From contig CAWIIP010000002.1 in the NCBI GenBank assembly GCA_963836235.1, positions 1,024,001 through 1,088,000 of the forward strand: a stretch of DNA of 64,000 bases. The letters run 5' to 3'. The translations under genes and the position numbers were made by a program. Within the stretch, counting starts at the first letter, position 1, and every line of letters starts with the position of its first letter. Positions 29,591 through 40,900 of the stretch are shown in pieces. Under the pieces are notes generated by a model. The model had not been told where the DNA came from. It did no database searches and worked only from the letters and a program-made list of their open reading frames with translations. This stretch comes from an uncultured Pseudomonadota bacterium. GTDB taxonomy: Bacteria > Oederibacteriota > Muellerivitia > Muellerivitales > Muellerivitaceae.

Positions 29591-32500
29591 TTAGCGAATG
29601 ACCAGTAACTTTGCGATGGAGCGGTGACCATCGACAGTGACGACGATGTAATAGATACCATCCGCTAAAGGCCTGCCCGATTTATCGGTTAGCTCCACCT
29701 TTACTGCTGTGCCTGAAGGCACATTCCAGAAAGTCTCATCCTGCACTTTCCGGAAAGCGATGGTGAAAATCTCCACACGTACATCTCCCAAACCTTGGTA
29801 AGCGGGCGGTAACACACTCACCGTCGGGCCTGTAACCGGGTTGGGGTACACCACCACGCCGGAGCTACCCGTCGGACTAGTCGTAGGAGTTTCGGTTGAT
29901 GTGAAAACAACGGTGGAAGTGGCGGTAACTGTATTCGTAGGCGTGTTGGAAGGCGTTGACGTCACCGTTACGATGGTAATCACCGCCCCGGTCACGGGTA
30001 AACCGCTAAAGAGCACCGCTTGCCCATTCGTTCCGGCCCCGTTTGTCACACTGAACTGGTAGTTCCCTGTCGGCGCGCTATTTGAAAAGTTCACCACCAC
30101 TTGGTAAGTCACCGCACCGTTACTCGGCTGGATGGTCCCGTTAAAATTAAAGGTTGCCGTCGTTCCTCCTGTGAAACTCGCGGTAGAGATAACCGTTCCA
30201 TTGTCCACCAGTGATACGGAAGTGATCCCCGTGGGAGAAGCCCCCGACTCGGTAAGGGTCAAACTGCTCAAAGTAACAGGATTGTTGCCCGGATTGACCA
30301 GTTGAATTTGCTGAACTGATACGTTGGAGGTTCCCGGTATCTGTGAAGAATTGGAGGGTGGGCTTGACCCTTGCGAGGCTTGTACCGTCACTACCGTGGG
30401 AGTGGGAGTCAATGTGATCGTGGAAGTGACGGTATAAGTTGCCGTATTGATCAGGGTATTGGTGGGAGTAGATGTAACCGTTGGAGTCGTAGTTTTAGTT
30501 GGGCTATTAGTGAGTGTGGATGTGGCGGTGGCGCTATTCGTCGGCGTACTCGTCATCGTGGGTGTGATAACCAAGGTATTGGTCGTCGTCGCCGAAGGCG
30601 TGGCAGTGGCAGTACGAGTGGTCGTTGCTGTGGGGCTATTGGTAGGCGTGGCCGTCAGTGTGTTCATGGCCGTATTGGTCGCGGTAGAAGTGGCGGTATT
30701 TGTCGGCGTATCCGTCATCGTGGGGGTGATGACCGATGTATTGGTCGTCGTCACTGAAGGCGTGCCGGTAGCCGTGCGGGTAGTTGTGAAGCTTGGCGTC
30801 GCCGATGAAGTCGAAGTGGCGGTTGAAGTAGGGCTATTGGTGAGCGTGGCCGTCTGAGTGTTCATGGCCGTATTGGTCGCGGTAGAAGTAGTGGTACTGG
30901 TGGGGCTGGAAGTCGTCGTATTCGTCGCCGTATTCGTCCGGGTGACTGTTGCGGTGTTGGATGGGGTTGAGGTGGCGCTATTTGTCAGCGTATCCGTCAC
31001 CGTGGGCGTGATGACCGAGGTATTCGTCGTCGTCGCTGAAGGCGTGCCAGTAGCCGTGCGGGTAGTTGTCGATGTTGTAGTCCCGGACGCGGTTGAAGTG
31101 GTCGTTGCCGTGGGACTATTGGTGGGGGTGGCTGTCAGGGTGTTCATGGCCGTATTGGTCGCGGTAGAAGTAGTGGTACTGGTGGGGCTGGAAGTCGTCG
31201 TGTTCGTCACTGTATTCGTTCGGGTGGCGGTCGCCGTGCCGGTGGGCGTATTGGAAGGCGTTGAGGTCGAAGTGTTCACCACCGTGTTGGTTGAAGTTGA
31301 ACTTGCGGTGCTGGTGGGTGTATTGGTACGGGTCGCAGTCGCGGAGGCCGTGGTAGTACCCGTTGGACTTGAAGTAAGCGTATTAGTCGCTGTATTCGTC
31401 CTAGTCGCCGTGGGGCTGGAGGTAGGGGTTGAACTGGGAGTCGCCGTCGCCGTATTGGCCACAGTGTTAGTCGCTGTTAATGTAGCCGTCTTCGTGGCCG
31501 TAGCCGTCGGGCTTGAGGTGGCAGTCAATGTTGATGTATTGGTGGGACTATTGGTCCTGGTTGCGGTAGGGGTAGAGGTGGACGTATTGGCAACCGTGTT
31601 GGTTGGTGTGGATGTCGCCGTCTTCGTGGCGGTGGCACTGGGACTGTTGGTGGGGGTACTCGTGCGAGTTGCGGTCGGACTATTCGTTCGGGTGAAGGTT
31701 GGAGTAGCGGTAGGCGTCGAACCACTGGACACTGAAGCGACGAAACTGACCACACTTTCGGCCGGTAGGGTATAAGTAAAGCTTCCACCGCTCACCACCA
31801 CTGACGTCTGCTGGACCAGATTCAGGGACGAACTGGTAATCCATGGATAAACCGTGGAGACACTCAGGTCGCTATATTTGAAGGTCTCGTTCTCGGTGGA
31901 GCCGGTATTGCCGTTGATGGCCACGATCACGACCTTGCCCGCGGAAGAGCTGTAATAGGCGGAGACGGAAACTCCCGCCGAAGGCACCTCGGTGGCGCCA
32001 ATGCGCACGTATCCAGGGCGGATGAACTTGCTGTAATTTCCGAGGCAATAAAGGCGGGGGGTGGCGGCGCCGGCACTGGTACAAAGCCCCTCGTCGTCGG
32101 TGTTGATGTTGACCAGCCACCAGTAGCAGAAGGCGTTAAAGTTATGGTCCACGATGCAGTTGTGAAGCAGGCCGGCGTAATAGATGCCGCTGTCGATGTT
32201 GTTGTCACTTGTTTTTTCAGAAATTTCGGTCTCCCAGCTTTCCACTGCGTGTCCGGCGGTGGTGGAGTAGCTGGCGGGCACCGTGTTAGGCCCGCCACCG
32301 TAAAGGTGCATGCCGATGAAACCCACAAAAGAAGCCGCGGCCGAGTCGCCCATGGTGGTGGCGGATAGGGTCAGGTTGTCGGCGAAGGATTCGGGCATCA
32401 TGATGATCGAGGTGCCGAAGCCCGCCGCTTGGAGGTCCGGACCCAGATAGCTCTTGATGTAAGTGTCAAAATTCGCGGGGGACCAAAGGCAAGCATCGTA

Positions 32501-33079
32501 ACTGGGGTCGTAGTCAGGTTCGTTTTGCACGGAAAGGGCGGTCAGGGTGAAACCATAGGTATTCTTGCAGGCCGTGACGAAGCTCGTCTGGTAGGCAGCG
32601 TAGTTGGAGAAGTCCGCGGTATTAATCTGGTCGGTGTTGGTCCCCGGGTTACCGTTGTCGCTGCCGGTGTTGTTGCCGTCCACGTTGTTGTTGTTCTTCC
32701 ACTTGGCGGGCGGGCTCCATTCGGAGCCGAAGACTTTAATCTTTGAATTGATTCCCAACGCTTGGGTAGCGAATGCGCATTGCGTGCCCCAGTTGGCGTT
32801 TCCGGAGTCGTCGATTCCAAGGCGGAGAATAGAGAGGCCAACATCGCCGTTGACTTGGTTGGCGGGGGGCTGGCTGGAATCGTCCGCCCAAAAAGTGGTG
32901 GCCAGCGAGGACGAGAATGTGTTATCCCATTGGCTGGATGCCCCGAAACCCGAGATCGTTTGATAAGTCGTGCCGGAAGTGACCGTAACGGTTTGCGCCC
33001 ATGCGGCGGGAACTAAACCACAAAACCCGAAGAAGCCCGTGGCCCAAAGGGCACTTTTAATTTTTTTAAAAAATCGCAT
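29591..33079 (-). CDS. Secreted GH30 (GH30_8 xylanase-like) hydrolase + Thr-rich stalk + unassigned domain + conserved tail
   Basis: [38 protein letters not shown]; signal peptide AWA. Confidence 0.88.
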   Translation of the reverse strand: MRFFKKIKSALWATGFFGFCGLVPAAWAQTVTVTSGTTYQTISGFGASSQWDNTFSSSLATTFWADDSSQPPANQVNGDVGLSILRLGIDDSGNANWGTQCAFATQALGINSKIKVFGSEWSPPAKWKNNNNVDGNNTGSDNGNPGTNTDQINTADFSNYAAYQTSFVTACKNTYGFTLTALSVQNEPDYDPSYDACLWSPANFDTYIKSYLGPDLQAAGFGTSIIMMPESFADNLTLSATTMGDSAAASFVGFIGMHLYGGGPNTVPASYSTTAGHAVESWETEISEKTSDNNIDSGIYYAGLLHNCIVDHNFNAFCYWWLVNINTDDEGLCTSAGAATPRLYCLGNYSKFIRPGYVRIGATEVPSAGVSVSAYYSSSAGKVVIVAINGNTGSTENETFKYSDLSVSTVYPWITSSSLNLVQQTSVVVSGGSFTYTLPAESVVSFVASVSSGSTPTATPTFTRTNSPTATRTSTPTNSPSATATKTATSTPTNTVANTSTSTPTATRTNSPTNTSTLTATSSPTATATKTATLTATNTVANTATATPSSTPTSSPTATRTNTATNTLTSSPTGTTTASATATRTNTPTSTASSTSTNTVVNTSTSTPSNTPTGTATATRTNTVTNTTTSSPTSTTTSTATNTAMNTLTATPTNSPTATTTSTASGTTTSTTTRTATGTPSATTTNTSVITPTVTDTLTNSATSTPSNTATVTRTNTATNTTTSSPTSTTTSTATNTAMNTQTATLTNSPTSTATSTSSATPSFTTTRTATGTPSVTTTNTSVITPTMTDTPTNTATSTATNTAMNTLTATPTNSPTATTTRTATATPSATTTNTLVITPTMTSTPTNSATATSTLTNSPTKTTTPTVTSTPTNTLINTATYTVTSTITLTPTPTVVTVQASQGSSPPSNSSQIPGTSNVSVQQIQLVNPGNNPVTLSSLTLTESGASPTGITSVSLVDNGTVISTASFTGGTTATFNFNGTIQPSNGAVTYQVVVNFSNSAPTGNYQFSVTNGAGTNGQAVLFSGLPVTGAVITIVTVTSTPSNTPTNTVTATSTVVFTSTETPTTSPTGSSGVVVYPNPVTGPTVSVLPPAYQGLGDVRVEIFTIAFRKVQDETFWNVPSGTAVKVELTDKSGRPLADGIYYIVVTVDGHRSIAKLLVIR

Positions 33080-33328
33080 CGAAACTGTCCTCTTGCGGAT
33101 CCGGCGACAACCAGGATCGCCTCATCTTTGGCCTAATAACCCGATAACGTTTTATTAAAAGAGGGCTATTGAAAAAATTCGTGACTGCGAAAAGCGCTTT
33201 TCACGGGACAAAGAAACCCTATTTGTGATGATCAAAACATACCTCCGAAAGGGGGTCTTCACAATAAAGGGATCGAATTAAATAGTACCATAGCGTCAAA
33301 AAAATTGACTTTTATTTCTTAGGACAAA

Positions 33329-33342
33329 TGTAACCGGTTTAA
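33329..33342. promoter_or_regulatory. Imperfect LacI/CcpA-type operator palindrome
   Basis: TGTAACCGGTTTAA upstream of the first GH30; GAAAAGCGCTTTTC also at 33189-33202. Confidence 0.6.
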
Positions 33343-33368
33343 GTGGAAAAGTTTTTCGTTCAAACCTG

Positions 33369-35165
33369 TTAGGGTTTTTGGCGAAATTTCTGAGGTGAAA
33401 TTCCCACCTTTTTGCGGAACAAACGGATGAAATAAGAACTTGAGCCGAACCCACAAGTTTTCGCGATTTGCGACACGGGGAGGCTTCCAGTCTTCAAAAG
33501 CCGGCGAGCCTTCTCCAGCCGCAAGTTTTGGAGATAGTTTTCCAATCCCATCCCCGTGTTTTTTTTGAAACGTCGGCTCAGTGTGGAAATGGAAACCTTG
33601 GCCATTCCCGCAAGCCTGGAGATTCGCAAAGATTCTCCAAAATGCCTGTCGGTGTAATCTTTTATCTTCTGGATGGAATAAGCTTCCGCAAGCGCTCCTT
33701 TACCATGCGTCAACTTCAAAAATTTCTCCATCGCCTCTTTAAAGGCCAAAATCATTTCCTGCGTAGTTCCGGTTCCATCCAATGAAAGCGCCAGGCTTTC
33801 GTAAAAGGCCCGCATTTCTTTTTCACCCAAATCGGTTAGGTTTTTCATGGCCTCTACCAAATGGATAAGCCCATACTGCAAATGCCAGCGGATTTCCTCG
33901 GGGTTTTGAAAAGAAAGCGTGAGGACTTCCCGGAGGAATTCGTCCAAGACTGATTCCATTCCTGAAAATGAAGCCGTTTCGAATTGGTGTCTCAAGTCCA
34001 GCAGTAATCTCCTCAATTTCAGGAGGCCTTCCGTTTTTTCATCGCGGGCCGGACTGAAAAAAACCAGTTTCTTTCCGGATTGCCTTCCCAAGTGGAGGGC
34101 CAAGACCGCTTGTCGGTAGGATTCGTTCAGCAGCTCCCCCGGCGCGACAGTTTCCCCGATCCCCACGAGGGCCGGCCCACCTAAAGTTTCCTCCGCAAAT
34201 TTGTGGATGCGTTCGGCAGCTTCCATAACTTCATGGCGGCGTTGGGGTCTGCCCTTGGAGGGATCGGGAGATATGACAAAAACCGCCCCGTAGTTCTCCA
34301 GTTTGCCTCCGACCGACTGCGGGAGACTTCGGGCAAAAGTAAAACTTCGGCGCTGGAACTGGTAAATACGGAGCATCTCCTCGATGGGATCGGTTTTGCG
34401 TTCGGATGGCTTCACTGGTATGGCCGTGATGACGGTGGTGGGAACGCGGGTGATCCCAATTTCAGATCTTACCCATTCCAGTTCTTGAATCTTGATGTTC
34501 CAAGTCGGAGTCGCCTGACGCGTGGGCAACCCCAGAACCCAACTCATCCAAAAGCTGTGGGGGATATGTTTGGAAAAAACATCAACCATAAGTTCCCTAA
34601 TTCGCATTTGGGCCTGTCTATTTTCTTGATGGGTTAAAATCTGGGCGAAAATTTCAAGGGATTCTTGATAGGCGGAAAGAACATCTCCTTCGAGTACCGG
34701 TATTTCCAACATAACTCTAACAAATTCCCGAAATTCCATGTTTTCCGCGGAAGCCGCTTGACCGGTTAGACCTTTCCAACTTTCGCGCAAGTGCGAATAA
34801 GTTAATTCCCTATCCGCAAAAGCCCCCGACAAAAGTGTTCCTAGCCGTTTTTCCTTCTTGCGAATCGGCATGAAGATGTCGAAAAAACCCAGGTTTTCCA
34901 CCAGAAGGGGTTTTCCTTTATTCTTGTTTTCGAAAGAATTGTCGGTCAGCCGGTTCCATTTGCGGACAAAGTTGTATTTTTTTTCAAAATCGAATAGTGA
35001 TTCCAGTCTTTGATGATGGTAAACGGCCGCCCAGATATCCCGAGAATCAGTGGGGGGAACGACAAAACAATTCAAGTCGACGTAATATTTTAAAATGGAA
35101 AGAAAGCCTTCGTATTCCAAAAGGCCTTCAAAGGGCGTGGAAATCTTGGGGGGCCGAAGCGACAT
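33369..35165 (-). CDS. AraC family regulator with large N-terminal sensor region
   Basis: C-terminal double HTH (LSRRFKK..G...YL...RLEKA..LL...IA..CGF....YF.RLFRK..G.SP..FR); central 'VGIGE....L..SYRQA.LAL' CdaR/GGDEF-like segment. Confidence 0.9.
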   Translation of the reverse strand: MSLRPPKISTPFEGLLEYEGFLSILKYYVDLNCFVVPPTDSRDIWAAVYHHQRLESLFDFEKKYNFVRKWNRLTDNSFENKNKGKPLLVENLGFFDIFMPIRKKEKRLGTLLSGAFADRELTYSHLRESWKGLTGQAASAENMEFREFVRVMLEIPVLEGDVLSAYQESLEIFAQILTHQENRQAQMRIRELMVDVFSKHIPHSFWMSWVLGLPTRQATPTWNIKIQELEWVRSEIGITRVPTTVITAIPVKPSERKTDPIEEMLRIYQFQRRSFTFARSLPQSVGGKLENYGAVFVISPDPSKGRPQRRHEVMEAAERIHKFAEETLGGPALVGIGETVAPGELLNESYRQAVLALHLGRQSGKKLVFFSPARDEKTEGLLKLRRLLLDLRHQFETASFSGMESVLDEFLREVLTLSFQNPEEIRWHLQYGLIHLVEAMKNLTDLGEKEMRAFYESLALSLDGTGTTQEMILAFKEAMEKFLKLTHGKGALAEAYSIQKIKDYTDRHFGESLRISRLAGMAKVSISTLSRRFKKNTGMGLENYLQNLRLEKARRLLKTGSLPVSQIAKTCGFGSSSYFIRLFRKKVGISPQKFRQKP

Positions 35166-35290
35166 AATTCAAATTAACACGCTTTGGATCAGCTATGAAC
35201 CTAAAAACGGATTACGACAAACTCGGTTAAGGTAGATAAGGATTGGATCTCTTTAAATCAAAAGCCGGTTTATTGACTTCTAGGAATTTG

Positions 35291-37843
35291 TCACCGAATG
35301 ACAAGCAATTTCGCGATGGAACGGTAACCGTCGACGATAACGACGATGTAATAGACACCATCCGCCAACGGCACCCCCCGTCTGTCGGTGAGCTCCACCT
35401 TTACCGCCATACCCGATGGCACGTTTTGGAAGGTCTCTTCTTGAACTTTCCGGAAGGCTAAGGTGTAAATCTCCACTTGGACATCCTCCAAACCTTGGTA
35501 AGCAGGCGGAAGCACATTGACCATCGGTCCAATAACCGGATTGGGGTAAATCAACAAAACTCGGTTTTCCGCAGGCGTGGGGGTGGCCGACAAGGTCTTT
35601 GTGGGTGTAGTCGAAATTGTTGGAGTATTCGTCTGAGTAAAGGTAAAGGTCGCGCTGTTGGTTCTGGTTGGCGAAACGGTGAGGGAAGCGGTTGGCGACG
35701 ATGAATTTGTCGAGGTAGAAGAAAAGGTGGGTGTGGGTGAAGCCGATGCCGTAACTGTAGGAGACGGGGTTCTCGTGGAGGACCACGTGGGTGTAGTCGA
35801 AGCGGTCGGGGTAGCGGTTGAAGTACCTGTCTTCGTGACTGAGGCCGTCGGGGTTTTAGACGGGGTAAAGCTCAAAGTTGGAGTGATCAAAGCCGTATTC
35901 GTGGGAGTTGAAGTAACTGTGAACGTTCCCGTAGACGTCGGCGTTGTTGAGTCGGTGGAAGTTTCCGAAGGGCTTTCGGTGGCCGTGGAGGTAGGAGTCG
36001 GGCTTAATGTGGCCGTCGCGCTTGAGGTATTGGATGCCGTTGAAGTCATGGAAGATGTGAAGGAAGGCGTTGGCGTAATCAGAAGTGTGTCCGTGGGAGT
36101 CAAGGTGACCGTCGCCGTATAAGTTGTTGTGGAACTGGCCGTTTTGGTCGGGCTAGCCGTAGGGCTATTGGTGGTAGTTGATGTCGCCGTCACGGTACTG
36201 CTGGGGCTGGCTGAGGGTGTGGCTGTCATTGAAGATGTTCCGGTAGAAGTCGGGGTATTTATTAAAGTGTTGGTCATGGTGGCAGTCGCACTCCATGTGG
36301 CAGTTGAACTGAACGTGGATGTAACCGTATTGATCCTCGTCGCGGTAAAGCTGGGCGTATTCAGTAAAGTGTTGGTGGAAGTAAGTGTTGCCGAATTCGT
36401 CGGGGTATTGGTCATCGTCTCTGTGGCACTATGGGTTGCAGTAGCGGTAGCCGTATGAACCTGGGTATTGGTCCAGCTAGCCGTTGGGGTTGAACTAGGG
36501 GTGGCGGAAGCCGTTGAAGTAGAAGTGCTCAAAGGCGTATTGGTTCTTGTAAGTGTAGGCGTTCCCGTGGTCGTAAAAGTCGCCGTAGTTGTTGGGCTTT
36601 GGGTCTGCGTCAGCGTCGCGGTGGCAGTGACGGTTTTGGTTGGCGTGGAAGTAGCGGTATTCATCGGTGTATTAGTACGTGTCGCGGTTGGGCTGTTGGT
36701 GGAGGTGGGGGTTGGGGTTCCAACCGAGGTACATGTGGTAACCACCGCATTATCCCGGGTAAAAAGATAGTCTCGGACCTCGCCCGCTGGAGCGAACCAC
36801 ATGCTGTTGTTCCCCGAAACCGCGAAATTCGTGTTCAAGTAGTTCAGCAGATCCTGAAGGGTTGTTTGGTTGGTGCTGTAGGCGTCGGCGGCCGCTCCGC
36901 TGCCCTGTGAAACGCTGTGGGTATACTCGATAAGCCAGGTGGAACGGCTTTGACCCGCCGCAGAGGCGGCTAGCGACTTCCAGGCTGTATCATCCGTTCC
37001 GAACATCCCGCCCCGCTGGAGCTGGAAGGGCAAAGGGGGCGTATCCACGTAATTATAGGATCCTCCCCCGCACTCCGCGGAGAGGAGATAGGAAGGTGGA
37101 TATCCGGAACAAGTGTTCGCCGAGGAATTCTCGTAAGGAAAAACCATTTGAGTGACGTTATATCCAGGAAAGTATTTCAGCAAAAGGGGCTCGTTATTGG
37201 CCAACTCTGGATCGATATCCGTGGCGGTACCATTGCAGGTGAGTGGGTTGGGGTGGTCGTAGGAATGGTCGAACATGTCCCAGCCCGCCGCCCTCAAGTT
37301 TTGCAAGCAAGTCCAGTTCATAAAATAACTACCGCTCCCGGATGCCCCTCCCCCATTGGCCCAGGAGCCTACAACCGCTTCCCCTGCCCTCCAGCCCAAC
37401 GCGTCCAAAAGAGGTTTACCATAGTCATATTGGGTCAACCGATTGTCGTCAAAGGTAAGGGAATAGGCCCAATGGAAGTTGTTGTAGAGGGTGGCTTTGG
37501 TAGCGGCACCTGTGCCGCCGGAGGTCCAGTTCACGGCGGTGACAACGATGGATTTTCCCGTCGTGGTGAAGGTGGCTGTTCCGGCTGAGGAACTATAGGT
37601 GGCCGAAACCGCGGCCCCATCGGCCGTGACGGCTACCGAAGCGCAGGTGCCCACGTTGACAATCAACGTGATTTTCTCGTAGTTGCACTGGGTAGGAACG
37701 GCTGAATAATTAACCTGCACACAATAAGTTTGGTTGGCCGCCAACCCCTTAGAAGCGCTTACAAAGCACAATAAAAAAAAGCTGACTTGCAAGGCATTAA
37801 AAAAGAAGGGAAGTTTTAAGAAAGTTTTATTGAATTTGTTCAT
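35291..37843 (-). CDS. Secreted polysaccharide deacetylase-like (CE4/NodB) protein + stalk + conserved tail
   Basis: SLTFDD and HSYDH NodB motifs, FPYE. Start moved to ATG 37843 (MNKFNK..., signal peptide) because the ORF-track start overlaps the upstream gene. Confidence 0.78.
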   Translation of the reverse strand: MNKFNKTFLKLPFFFNALQVSFFLLCFVSASKGLAANQTYCVQVNYSAVPTQCNYEKITLIVNVGTCASVAVTADGAAVSATYSSSAGTATFTTTGKSIVVTAVNWTSGGTGAATKATLYNNFHWAYSLTFDDNRLTQYDYGKPLLDALGWRAGEAVVGSWANGGGASGSGSYFMNWTCLQNLRAAGWDMFDHSYDHPNPLTCNGTATDIDPELANNEPLLLKYFPGYNVTQMVFPYENSSANTCSGYPPSYLLSAECGGGSYNYVDTPPLPFQLQRGGMFGTDDTAWKSLAASAAGQSRSTWLIEYTHSVSQGSGAAADAYSTNQTTLQDLLNYLNTNFAVSGNNSMWFAPAGEVRDYLFTRDNAVVTTCTSVGTPTPTSTNSPTATRTNTPMNTATSTPTKTVTATATLTQTQSPTTTATFTTTGTPTLTRTNTPLSTSTSTASATPSSTPTASWTNTQVHTATATATHSATETMTNTPTNSATLTSTNTLLNTPSFTATRINTVTSTFSSTATWSATATMTNTLINTPTSTGTSSMTATPSASPSSTVTATSTTTNSPTASPTKTASSTTTYTATVTLTPTDTLLITPTPSFTSSMTSTASNTSSATATLSPTPTSTATESPSETSTDSTTPTSTGTFTVTSTPTNTALITPTLSFTPSKTPTASVTKTGTSTATPTASTTPTWSSTRTPSPTVTASASPTPTFSSTSTNSSSPTASLTVSPTRTNSATFTFTQTNTPTISTTPTKTLSATPTPAENRVLLIYPNPVIGPMVNVLPPAYQGLEDVQVEIYTLAFRKVQEETFQNVPSGMAVKVELTDRRGVPLADGVYYIVVIVDGYRSIAKLLVIR

Positions 37844-37958
37844 GATCCCTCTTCCAGAATCCCTTTCAAAGTTCATTGTGAATTGTTTTAAAAATTTCAC
37901 CAAAGCTGGTATTGAAGGTCGGTGCTTCAGGAAACCCACAGCCGGATGATTCCCTGGA

Positions 37959-40900
37959 TTAACGAATGACCAGCAATTTACCAGTAGAGCGGTGCCCGTC
38001 AACGGTGACAACAATGTAATAGACCCCGTCCGCCAAGGGCGCCCCACGTCGGTCAGTCAGCTCCACCGTTACGGGTTTACCCGACGGCACGTTCCAGAAA
38101 GTCTCATCCTGCACTTTCCGGAAAGCGATGGTGAAAATCTCCACACGTACATCTCCCAAACCTTGGTAAGCGGGCGGTAACACACTCACCGTCGGGCCTG
38201 TAACCGGGTTGGGGTACACCACCACGCCGGAGCTACCCGTCGGACTAGTCGTAGGAGTTTCGGTTGATGTGAAAACAACGGTGGAAGTGGCGGTAACTGT
38301 ATTCGTAGGCGTGTTGGAAGGCGTTGACGTCACCGTTACGATGGTAATCACCGCCCCGGTCACGGGTAAACCGCTAAAGAGCACCGCTTGCCCATTCGTT
38401 CCGGCCCCGTTTGTCACACTGAACTGGTAGTTCCCTGTCGGCGCGCTATTTGAAAAGTTCACCACCACTTGGTAAGTCACCGCACCGTTACTCGGCTGAA
38501 TGGTCCCGTTAAAATTAAAGGTTGCCGTCGTTCCTCCTGTGAAACTCGCGGTAGAGATAACCGTTCCATTGTCCACCAGTGATACGGAAGTGATCCCTGT
38601 GGGAGAAGCCCCCGACTCGGTAAGGGTCAAACTGCTCAAAGTAACCGGATTGTTACTAGGATTGACCAGTTGAATTTGCTGAACTGATACGTTGGAGGTT
38701 CCCGGTATCTGTGAAGAATTGGAGGGTGGGCTTGACCCTTGCGAGGCTTGTACCGTCACTACCGTGGGAGTGGGAGTCAATGTGATCGTGGAAGTGACGG
38801 TATAAGTTGCCGTATTGATCAGGGTATTGGTGGGAGTAGATGTAACCGTTGGAGTCGTAGTTTTAGTTGGGCTATTAGTGAGTGTGGATGTGGCGGTGGC
38901 GCTATTCGTCGGCGTACTCGTCATCGTGGGTGTGATAACCAAGGTATTGGTCGTCGTCGCCGAAGGCGTGCCGGTAGCCGTGCGAGTAGTTGTGAAGGTT
39001 GGCGTCGTTGATGAAGTCGAAGTGGCGGTTGAAGTAGGGCTGTTAGTGGGTGTGGCCGTCAGTGTGTTCATGGCCGTATTGGTCGCCGTAGAAGTAGTGG
39101 TACTGGTGGGGCTGGAAGTCGTCGTATTCGTCACTGTATTCGTTCGGGTGACTGTTGCGGTGTTGGATGGGGTTGAGGTGGCGCTATTTGTCAGCGTATC
39201 CGTCACCGTGGGCGTGATGACCGAGGTATTCGTCGTCGTCGCTGAAGGCGTGCCAGTAGCCGTGCGGGTAGTTGTCGATGTTGTAGTCCCGGATGCGGTT
39301 GAAGTGGTCGTTGCCGTGGGACTATTGGTGGGGGTGGCTGTCAGGGTGTTCATGGCCGTATTGGTCGCCGTAGAAGTAGTGGTACTGGTGGGGCTGGAAG
39401 TCGTCGTGTTCGTCACTGTATTCGTTCTGCTCGCTGTGGAGCTGGAAGTCGGGGTTGAACTGGGAGTTGGCGTCGCCGTATTGGCAACGGTGCTAGTCAT
39501 TGTCGACGAAGCCGTTTTCGTGGCAGTCGCAGTGGGGCTAGAGGTAGTTGTACTAGTGGGACTGGAAGTTTGGGTACTCGTCGGTGAATTAGTCCTGGTG
39601 GCCGTGGGGGTAAATGTGGCCGTATTGGCAACCGTATTTGTGGGAGTAGATGAAGCAGTCCGGCTGGCCGTGGAGGTGGCCGTATTCGTGGGACTATTGG
39701 TGCGGGTCGCGGTAGGAGTCGAAGTCGGGGTATTTGCAGGAGTGTTCGTTCGTGTAGCGGTCGGAGTGAAGGTATTGGTGGAGCTCGAAGAGCTGTTAAC
39801 TCCCACGAAACTCGTCACGCTGGGACCCGTCAGATTGTATGTGAAACTATTTCCCGATACGGCCACGGCGGCTTCCTGGACCAAATTGTTGTTATTGTCG
39901 GTCACCCAAGGAACCACGGAAGTGACGTTGACTCCGTTGAAGGTGAAGGTCTGGCTGGTGGTGCTGCTATTGCCGTTGATAGCGACGATGACGACGGTAG
40001 CCGGAGCGGAAGTGTTGGTGTTTTTATAAGCGGTCACCGAAACTCCACCAGTAGGTACGGTCGTCGCGCCCATGCGGTAAAAGCTCGGGCGCACGAACTT
40101 ACTATATTGGCCCAAGACCATGAGTTTCTTGGAGATACCGCTGGAGGTAATCAGGGCAGAGTTATCGGTGCCCCAAATCCACCAGTGGTGGAAGGCATCC
40201 ATCAAGCCGGTGGTCATGGAGTTGTGGACCCAGCCGGCTTCCACAAGTCCAGAGGTCATGGAATTATCGGGCCCCGCGCCGGAAACGTCGGACATTTCCG
40301 TTTCCCAGTTGTCCTGGTTTGTCAGGTGGCTGAAACCGCCCGAGGAAAGGGAGTTGGGTCCTCCTCCGTATAAATGTCCGGCGATGATATTAACGAAAGG
40401 CGCGTTGGTGGCGTCGTTCATGGTGGTGGCCGCCAGGGGCAAACGGTCGCCGAAGCTCTCCGTAATCATGATCTTGGTCGAAAGTCCCGCGGTCTGCAGG
40501 GCCGAGTGGAATGCTCCGGTGAAAACGTCGAACTGCCCAGCGTTCCAAATCGCGGCTTCGTAAGTGGGATCCCAGTCGGGTTCGTTTTGACAGGAAACGG
40601 CGTAGAGGGTGACGCCAAAACTATTTTGGATGTACTGGATGTAGCGCACCAGGTAGCTGGCGTAACCGGTATCGGCACTGTTGGGGGAGCCTGAGGCCGC
40701 TCCCAAAAAAGTGGCGGTGCTGGTTAAATTGCCGTTGGAGCCGCCGCCGTCCACGCTGTTATTGCCCTTATAAGTGGCTGGGGGTGACCACTCAGTGGAC
40801 CAGATAGTGATGTTGGGGTTGACCGATTTGGCCAGAGTCATGGGGCCCGCTTCGGAGTTCCAGGCCGAGCCGCTGCCGGTATCCGTGGGATCGATGCGGG

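Noticed and set aside
37844-38047. N-terminal extension of the 918-aa ORF
   Set aside because: Overlaps the GH30b stop; a signal peptide begins at ATG 37843.
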